A stretch of 56,361 nucleotides of DNA, counting the filler, from Catajapyx aquilonaris (lineage: Eukaryota): NCBI GenBank assembly GCA_000934665.2. It is 2 parts of 2 records of this genome, joined end to end, with 100 filler letters (N's around TTAATTAATTAA, not from the genome) between each part and the next. Parts side by side here need not be neighbours in the genome. Positions count along the whole stretch, not along the records: positions 28,230 to 56,361 come from KZ539257.1; 1 more part is not named here. One strand, written 5' to 3'. Made by a program: the position numbers and the translations under genes. Below are positions 39,062 through 56,361 of this stretch, piece after piece. Position 1 is the stretch's first letter; each line of letters starts with the position of its first letter. A model generated the notes under the pieces. The model was not told the origin of the DNA, made no database searches, and saw only the letters and a list, made by a program, of their open reading frames with translations.

Positions 39062-40112
39062 AGTTACTCAGCCTCTAAGCGACATTTTAGTGAGATTGTG
39101 AGTCGTGCAAATTTTTTTAAATGCACGTTTCCAGTTCAATTTTGCAAAATTTGCAATTCGCAAAATAGAGGAGGAAAGTAGAAAATTTCAATCCAATTTT
39201 TTCTGGTGCAAAAGTGATCCTTTTTAAAAAAAATTTCACCTTTCGAGCGTCTTTTGTGTCCGTGGTTCCGTTATCATGTGTGTGGTTCGATGGCGTTTGA
39301 CCGAAAATCCAGTTCAGCTATAGTACGCCAATAGAAGCAATAGGCGAGAGAGCAGTCTATAAAGCGTCTGCTGCCACCTGGCTCCAAACCTACGAAGATA
39401 TAGAACTCTGGGAACATTTGGGTTGTGCTACAAAAGCGCCGCCTTGCCCAACACCAGCCAACTTCGAGCAGCCCTAACAGAATATCAAACACTGTGAATT
39501 ATATAGACAAATCCATCATAGCTCCAGTGTTAGGTGCATGTAGCAAAAGTTATATGCACATATGTGACATTGGGATCTGGTGTAGTTGCCATGTTTCCTG
39601 ATCGATCTGTTTGCCTGCCTTTCCTTTCCATTGGCTCCTTCAGACGTCCGGGTTCGCTATCAGAATAAAGTATATGGCCATATGCAGAGTAGGTCGCTAC
39701 ACTCTCTCTCTGTACAGTGTACTTTCTTTTTTTTTTTGCGAGTCTATCCTTTTTGTATTTAAAAAAATCTATATCGAAATGTGTGCTGTAATGAGTGGAT
39801 GTCATTACGAAACACCCTGTACAGAAATTAAATATTCAATGCACTGTACAAGCAGTAAATAATATTAATGTACACTCATTACTGCTCGTCGCGCCCAATC
39901 TGCAATCAGAAGTTGCGATCTTTTACAGCCCTGGAAATGCTAATTACAGTAAATGCCGTGCGTAAAAAATTAATATTTCATTAGCTAACGATAAACGAAA
40001 TTGGCAAACAGCACTAGTTGCGCTAATTAAAAATTTCGGGACGAATTATTCATTGCCGATTGGTCCAGCAGCTCATGATGAACTCTCTGTGCCACTAACA
40101 TTGCATCTATAA

Positions 40113-40347
40113 TATTAAAATACTATTCGTGTTGTTTGCTTGGTTATGCCTTCTGATTGGTCCGCCGTGTTACCGCGACGTTTCCGATTGGCCACCGTTC
40201 TGCGCATGCGCAATGTGGGTGGAGGCAGCGCCTCTGGTGGGAGGGTGGAGGAACCATCAATTCGCTCGCTGTCTGCCGGAGGGCCTACATCGCTCCTTCC
40301 CGGACCCAGTGAGCGAAGCGAGGGTTTTTCTACAATAGTATTAAAAT
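40113..40347 (+). mobile_element. Short non-autonomous repeat (Helitron/Helentron-associated-like), copy 1
   Basis: Short inverted ends (aatactatt/aatagtatt) and a gagcgaagcgag motif. A diverged inverted copy lies at about 42066-42225. Confidence 0.55.
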
Positions 40348-41006
40348 AAAACATTTGTGCAATTAATGACATTGCAGATTACGTTAGGACCAATGGACTT
40401 TATGCTTAAACCATGCTATTTTTTGTGTGTAAAAAGCCGCTTACTTTTAATTGAAAGTATTAGCTGATAATATTAGGTTATCGGAAGTGTGTCTCATTAG
40501 AGTCGTCCAATTAAATCGACCAATTATTGGCAAGACGTTGGCTTTTAATCAGTGCCACGCTTCATTAACACAGCAACTTGTATATCCACGTCTTTGTTTT
40601 CGACTATTTTCGGCCCCAACCGTACCTCGCAAGATTATGGGCTTTGCAATTAACTTATTGCCACCCTGAGACCTTTTAATTGCGTCTCTGCCCCCCTTTT
40701 AATTCCATCTGTGGGAGGTCCGCAAAGTGTATTGTTCTGCAGGCTCATTACCCTGTAATTTTTTTCTCTGCGTTCAAAAAGCTGGAGCTGGATCCCTGCT
40801 GCGAAAACTACACAAAGCTCTCAAGCAGTTCGCGGATAAATATTGCAAAATCTCAGCATGGCGCGAATTTTGGCAACAGTTGCTAATCCCCACTTTTTAA
40901 AAATATATAAGTTTCGTTGGAAGTGATGGTAGCCTCAAGAGGTCTTTTTTTTCAGATGGGTTTTATGATGGGGATAGTTTTGTGTGGGGGTGGGTCTGGA
41001 GGGTAG

Positions 41007-41012
41007 TATAAA
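41007..41012 (+). promoter_or_regulatory. Putative TATA box for Slo2 first exon B
   Basis: TATAAA about 160 bp upstream of the ATG at 41168. Confidence 0.45.
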
Positions 41013-41167
41013 GAGCGCATGATCCGATGTTGGGAGTCGTCGTCGTCGTCGTAGGAATGGTTGAGTTAGAAGCCAGTGGGTCAGGAAAGGTGGACCGAGA
41101 CTAGAGGTAGTTTTGATGGTGCTCGTGTTATAGTGAAGTGTGATGCTTTGTGACTATTGGCACAACA

Positions 41168-41232
41168 ATGGCATCCTCCAGGAACCCTTACAGCTGCCTA
41201 TACTCGTGGGACAGCTACGAGAAGATACCCAG
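41168..41232 (+). CDS. Candidate alternative first coding exon B of the Slo2/KCNT channel
   Basis: acaATG MASSRNPYSCLYSWDSYEKIP AG|gtgagag; phase 2, in frame with exon 45306, with a TATA box upstream. Confidence 0.65.
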
Positions 41233-41572
41233 GTGAGAGAGCAGGTGATCCTTGACCTGCCACGTGCTATAGAAGACCTGGATGGCTCATAATTAATTGC
41301 AGTGTACTATAGGGTTGAATGAAACATGCGCCCTAATTATTCATAACGCACGTACGAGTTTTATTATTTAATTGACCCTGGGACACTTTAAAGTTTGTCT
41401 TAAAGAGTGACCAGCGAAACGCCTGTCTGACAGAGCCATGCCGCAATTGCCCGAAGATGAGAAACAATTTTTTTAAATCATAAATTTCAGGTATTTAGAC
41501 TTTAAAAAGTGCGGCGGTTTTCGGACTTTTTTCCCGAATCAGCGGCACGTAATACATCGGTGTGCCAAGTGT

Positions 41573-41740
41573 CAGTACTCTCAGTAGTCTGGAAGTGCGT
41601 TAGGTAGCCCTGAGATACATACAAACTTTCTGTTTTATATAGAGAGAATATAGCAGCACTCTCAGTAGTCTAACAGTGGGTTAGGTAGCCCTGACATGCA
41701 GACAAACTTTCTGTTTGATGCTTGTATGTATAGAGATATA
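41573..41740 (-). repeat. About 83-bp tandem duplication with a Helitron-like 5' end (TCTCTATATAAAACAGAAAGTTTGT on the minus strand)
   Basis: Two copies of actctcagtagtct...gttaggtagccctga...acaaactttctgttt. A similar tctctatataaaa start occurs at about 36666. Confidence 0.55.
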
Positions 41741-42065
41741 CATCCTGATTTTTTAACCCGGCAAACTTTGTGGACTGTCCACCCTGTATTTTTTGTCCGG
41801 TTTAGATCGTTATTGCTCAATCATATCTGGAAAATTGAACCACGTGCGTCACCGACGTCGAGGTATATTTTCGAACGCGCCCACTTGCTCCACCTTGCAA
41901 CCTAACCCTATATCGGTAGGGTATGAGATTTCCACTCGCATATTGTAATAATGTAAAAATAAACTATTGGACTCTTTTTTTTAAAAAAAATATGGGAGGT
42001 CGTGATATTTAAAGCTCATTTGAACTCATTGCGAAAATCAAAATGTCACTAGGGAATTTGATACT

Positions 42066-42225
42066 TTCCCCCCAGCCACCCACCAGAGGCGCTGCCTCCA
42101 CACCATTGCGCAGGAGCAGAACTAGGCCAATAGGAAGCGTCGCGGTAACAACAAAATGCGGCTGACCAATCAGAATGCGTCAGAATGCTTATATGTGTAC
42201 AAACAACGAATGCTTTTAATATAAT
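42066..42225 (-). mobile_element. Inverted diverged copy of the 40113 repeat
   Basis: cccaccagaggcgctgcctccac, cattgcgca, ggccaat, cgtcgcggtaaca and gaccaatcagaa are collinear with the reverse complement of 40113-40255. Confidence 0.8.
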
Positions 42226-42650
42226 ATATGTTTGGTTGTACCTTCATCGCTACAGTTATCGTAACTCGAGTGTTTCTGGGTTAACGAGGCTGCTTAGACC
42301 AAATGGACCCTGTACATAAAGTGATCCTCTGTAAGCCACGAGCTAATCCTAAAAGTTTGCCAGCCTCATTACGAAGCACGTTTTATAGTCCTTTCAATCG
42401 AGGTATGCAGACTATCCATCAAGGCCTGGCTCTGTAACAATTTAATCCTGTACTATGTGCATAAATACGTGCGTGTATTTTCCCCCCCAAAAAAATTTGA
42501 GGGGAGAGATTAGGGTCTGCTCTGGGTAATAAATAATTTGAGGTAAGGGGGATTGGATATAGCGAAGCAGTGATGGCCATTCGATATCACGGTGGGGGGG
42601 GTAGGCTATAGGGGGAGGGGAGGGGGACTATTGATTTCGACTACAATTTG

Positions 42651-42854
42651 NNNNNNNNNNNNNNNNNNNNNNNNNNNNNNNNNNNNNNNNNNNNNNNNNN
42701 NNNNNNNNNNNNNNNNNNNNNNNNNNNNNNNNNNNNNNNNNNNNNNNNNNNNNNNNNNNNNNNNNNNNNNNNNNNNNNNNNNNNNNNNNNNNNNNNNNNN
42801 NNNNNNNNNNNNNNNNNNNNNNNNNNNNNNNNNNNNNNNNNNNNNNNNNNNNNN
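42651..42854. other. Assembly gap
   Basis: Run of N. Confidence 0.99.
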
Positions 42855-45305
42855 GGGGGGGGAATAACTTTCCTAAAATCTGCTCGAGTCCGGTTATGAC
42901 GTCAACATGTTAGCGAAACTGTTTAAAAGCGGAATTTCGAATATAATCTTGCTTTTTATAGTTGACATGACATTTATTATTATGTGACATACACTGTAAT
43001 ATTTCTATGTGATTATTATTAATGTGTCGAGAATGTACTCTGATCATAAGCAGTTTTCACTTGAAGTACGTGTCACCATGAAATTATAATTTTACTAAAG
43101 AAGTGACAGGAGCGATGGAAGTGCCATAAGTTGTATCTGAAGCGAACTGACACCATACAATATTAACAAGTGTATTAAAGCCATATTTTTGAGTGAGTTT
43201 TTCTCTCCAGCCACAATCAAATCTGTAAGCCATTTTACACATTTATATTATAAATTTTAACTGATATATCGTTGTACAAATATTTCTGTATTATAATATC
43301 AATTTTTTTTGAGCTGTCCCATTGCAGATACAGCCTGACACTTCTTTAGCTAATTAGTCGAGATTATAATTATATTTATGGCAACGAGTACTTAAATTGA
43401 AAAATATTGAGCGTATAGTACATTGCCTGCACACCATGTGGTATTTGCCTATTTAGGTTATGTATAGGGCTTTTCCCCCATTGATCTGCCTAGTTTTGTT
43501 TACGGGGTTGACCTCGAAATGTACAATGCATGTGCGGTACACAGCAGTTAACGGACTTATCGACTTTTTTATTTTGTCCCCGATACACCCGAAGACTCTT
43601 CAAATTGGCCCAAATAAATTAAGCAGCGAGTGAATCCAAATCATCATGTTGATTCAGTTTATTCCAACTCAGTTTTTTTTTTTATCTCGATGTACCCACT
43701 TTTGATTGGCCAATTTTTTTGGCCGTTTTTTTTGGCTAGATGCCTGCCCACTTTTATGCACGATTCGGCAAAGAAAAATCTAGAGGGAAAAAAAAAGTTT
43801 GTCCTCGAACGATATCGGTTGGGTAGGATTATCTTCCAGGCGTGTATAAGAAAAAGAGATTTATTTATAGCTCGAGTCATGATGTATTGATGGGGACGCC
43901 CTCTCCTCGTTTCCCTCCCCCTCCGCCCCCGCATTTAGCGGCCATGTGAGTTGGCCCAAAAGCTATCAATGGCCCACGAGGATTTATTTCTGGATTGGGA
44001 ATCGTGACGGCGACCAATGCATTTTTGAAAGCCCGTGGTCAATAGACACTCCGCAAAGTAACCACTTTCCCCCCCCAAAAAAGGTGGTTCCAATAGACAT
44101 TAATACGACCCGAAACAATATCTAAAGAGGCCAATAATTTAATTCTTTCGTCAAGGTCGAGAGTGACTAACCTTTCGATCCAAGTTGATGTCTTTGACAA
44201 AAGTCAACCGTTGCCGCAGTGTACTGTAAATTCCGTCTCACGTTCTTCCAAAAAACCACACAGGTATAACCCAGGTCAGTGTCCCTTCGACTTCTTTAGG
44301 GTTTACAACCTCAGGATTATGAACCTGTGCTCCCCAAGGAGTGTATCTGCACCGAATTGTGACAAATATTTTGCAGGGGGGGAAAAAGAGGCATCCGGTG
44401 TCACCTTTGCGTGACAATTAACGAACCGTTGCATCGTGGCTGACATACCTCGGAGCGATCGTTATGTAACCATGTGACAGCCAGAGGCACGTAACATTCC
44501 CCCCCCCCCCTTTCTCATGATGTCCAGGTCGATGTTTGGGATGTGCCCTTAGCACCTCCGCCCCTCAGTCTAAAAAAGGGGGTAAAAATAAAGGACATAA
44601 AAGTTAGAGGAGGTCCAATCATAGGATGAAAGTCGCGTGACTGTCGCCCACGGAGGAGGGGTCGACATCCGAGATTAAATAAAACTGTGGTGTATATACT
44701 GTGGGGTGTAATACGCATTTACGCTGCACCCACGCCTAGAAAATGTTCAGGTGTGTGAGTCACACACACGTGCCACACCCACCGCAATTGCCCTTTTTTT
44801 TTAAAAAAAGAGAGGAAAAGTACCGCATAATAATCGCAAAGTTTGGCGAGTAACGAGTATAAATGAATAATTTGGGAACCATGAAAGGCATTGCGGTCAT
44901 ATTGATCACTTTATATGGTGATCTCTCACAACGTGCAATATTTGCATTGCGCCAAGTCATGCGGACACAATACGTCTGCAAGCACAAAATAATTAAATGT
45001 CGTGAACGTGCAAATAATTCATATCGCCTTTGAGAACAAGAGGCCCATATGAAGGAAATTTTTGAGTCATTCCTGCGGCCACCTTTGCTAAAGTAGGTTA
45101 ACCTTGGCTGCTATCAATTTTAATGAGTCCCAAAAATAAACTCGGGGACTGTATTATACCTTTTTTTGGGGGGATGTACTGCACTCATCATGCGACATGT
45201 ACATGAGGTATGCCTGGATATAAAGCGCGATCGAGACGTTTTTTTGATCGCGGTCGAAACCTCTTTACAAATTCTGATATATGTTTTTTTTAAATTTTGT
45301 TTCAG

Positions 45306-54481
<9,176 letters not shown>

Positions 54482-55886
54482 GTGAGTGTCGCCCTCTGAC
54501 ACCCTTTCTTACTTATACTTTCCCCCTCTATCTCGTTATCTCTTTCTCTTTTTCTCTCTCTCCTTAACATTTCTCATCTTCTCATACTCTACGATGCGCT
54601 ACCTCTAGCCGACCCTTAACGAAGTAATTATTCTCTCTGACCATCCACTATTTAAAAAAGTGACTTGTTGACTCCATTATGCAGCTATTACGTTTTCCAA
54701 TATCGTTTAGATTGGCTATTACCCTACGTATAACGTTGTTATTTAAAATTAATTATTAATGAGCTGGTCACATGAGCCTAATCAGTTCATGGGAGCAGGA
54801 TAATACGCAATCGCTGCATCTGATTGTGACTAAATAGCTTTTTGTGTCCCGTTTGTCGAAAAAAATATATAAAAAACGCATGGACCTGGATGGCAGTGAA
54901 CGTCCAGGTTGCAAATAATTCCATATGGAATTTTACACATTGTCAGTAGTATTGTCAGTAGTTAGATTTTTTTTTGGCAGCTGAGGATGGGCTTTTTTTT
55001 AAATTTTGTCTGGTAGTAGTTGGTTCCCGCTAGTAGTTTTACTTGATGGAAACCCCCAAACTTTTTTGTACAGTAGTAGCGCTTTTGTTGGAGAGAATGT
55101 TAGTTTTTGGCATGGAGTTGTAAGTGTTAGCCTTTGATGTGTGTGCATTGGCACGAGGGCTGAGCTCCTCCTCAACTCCCCAAATGGCGATACGCTGATG
55201 AGTGTGTGCTATCGGCGACAAAAAGATCCAGGCCTCCGCGTCATGTTTGCACAGGGCCTGAATCATTTTCTCAAGACAATATTTTATTATTGTCGGCGAT
55301 AGCGCGCATGCCCATAGGTTGTGACCTAGTAGAGGGTAGAGTATGTGACTTGAGCCGTTCATTACATATGTGATTGCCCGTACGTGTTGCACATAAAGGA
55401 GAGGAAGGAGCGCAGTTCTAGGCCCTACTCCAGATTCAAGTTGGCCCGCTTCTCCCGAGCAGTCGACGCCCTCAGGGTAACATTTCCTTCTCTCTATCAG
55501 AAAACCTATCTTTCTCTATTATTAAAAAAAAATTACTTACTTATTACTCTCTATTTTTCTCTCACTCTTTTACGTCAACCCCTCTTTTTTAATATTAAAA
55601 AAAAATCTCTCGCCATCCCTAAGTACGTCTTTTGCGCAATCAAACCCACTCTAGACCCCCCATTCCTGATTCTGACAAGGGGCCAATAATTGCATTTTCT
55701 GCCTGGAGGTAATTGGAAAACCCTACAGCTGGGAATCGATAATATTTTCGCAAGATCCCGACAAAAATGCTGATTTTTGTCGCTTCAGCAGTTCAGGGAG
55801 ATGATTTGATAACATTGCAGAATGAATCCACCAGAGGATTTGACAACATTGCTCATTAAATCCACCAGACCAGTTGACAACATTAC

Positions 55887-56204
55887 CAGGGAGCATATAC
55901 TACATAAGAGGCGCAAACATTCGATTTCCGCGTCTCTCTATTTGGGGCGTTGCCGAGGCTGGCGGCCATTTTGAAGTGTGGGCAACGCCAACGAGGTATA
56001 AATAGGGTACAGGCAAAAATAGGGTCCGCCATCTTTGATGGTACACGCGCGAATCAAAGATGGCGGATCCTATTTTTGCCTGTACCCTATTTATACCTCG
56101 TTGGCGTTGACCCCGTTTCAAAATAGCTTCTTCAAAATAGAGAGACGCGAACATGAAAGGCGCCGACAGAAGTTTGCGCCTCTTATGTATAATTATGCTC
56201 CCTG
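55887..56204. mobile_element. Foldback MITE with CAGGG...CCCTG ends and a 7-bp TSD (ACATTAC)
   Basis: TIRs cagggagcata..tacataagaggcgcaaac and gtttgcgcctcttatgta..tatgctccctg; an internal near-perfect hairpin with arms of about 57 bp (55983-56109); acattac at 55880-55886 and 56205-56211. Confidence 0.88.
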
Positions 56205-56361
56205 ACATTACAGTGCTGCCAAATATAGTCAGAAATTGCCTAGGGCGGGTTTAATGGCGCCTCCCCTTCGCTATATCAAATCACCGCAATTTTTTTTATT
56301 CATGATCAACAATGCCATGTCAATAATAAGCACTGGTCCTCCTCCTCATCCTTCAGCTTTC

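Noticed and set aside
55039..55480. 117-aa minus-strand ORF in the last visible Slo2 intron
   Set aside because: No convincing motif; probably a repeat fragment that I cannot classify.

Overview
This is eukaryotic (arthropod-like) genomic DNA with GT-AG introns, so most ORFs in the six-frame track are exon fragments or spurious. The left half (1-28129) is gene-dense. It holds a decayed Ty3/Gypsy remnant, a decayed LRR segment, a complete 6-exon troponin C, two divergent tRNA-Leu(AAG) genes amid AT-rich repeats, and ORC5. It also holds an LRR gene with one coding exon and a BC-box-like N-terminus, six tandem and apparently intact Star-like/FkbM-domain membrane proteins, and the 3' half of a gustatory receptor. 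A 100-bp artificial linker (44N-TTAATTAATTAA-44N) joins this to the right half. The right half is almost entirely one Slo2/KCNT potassium channel gene, truncated at the window end, with TE- and satellite-rich introns. The most notable observations concern Slo2: two candidate alternative first exons ending in the same IPR|GT junction, an inverted repeat pair flanking the second one, competing 15-bp RNA pairings around a frame-preserving Pro-rich exon, and a poly(A)-AG splice acceptor before the pore exon. The FkbM array shows site-focused divergence and mosaic copies. I found no clearly new biological system; the regulatory ideas are hypotheses from reading by eye.
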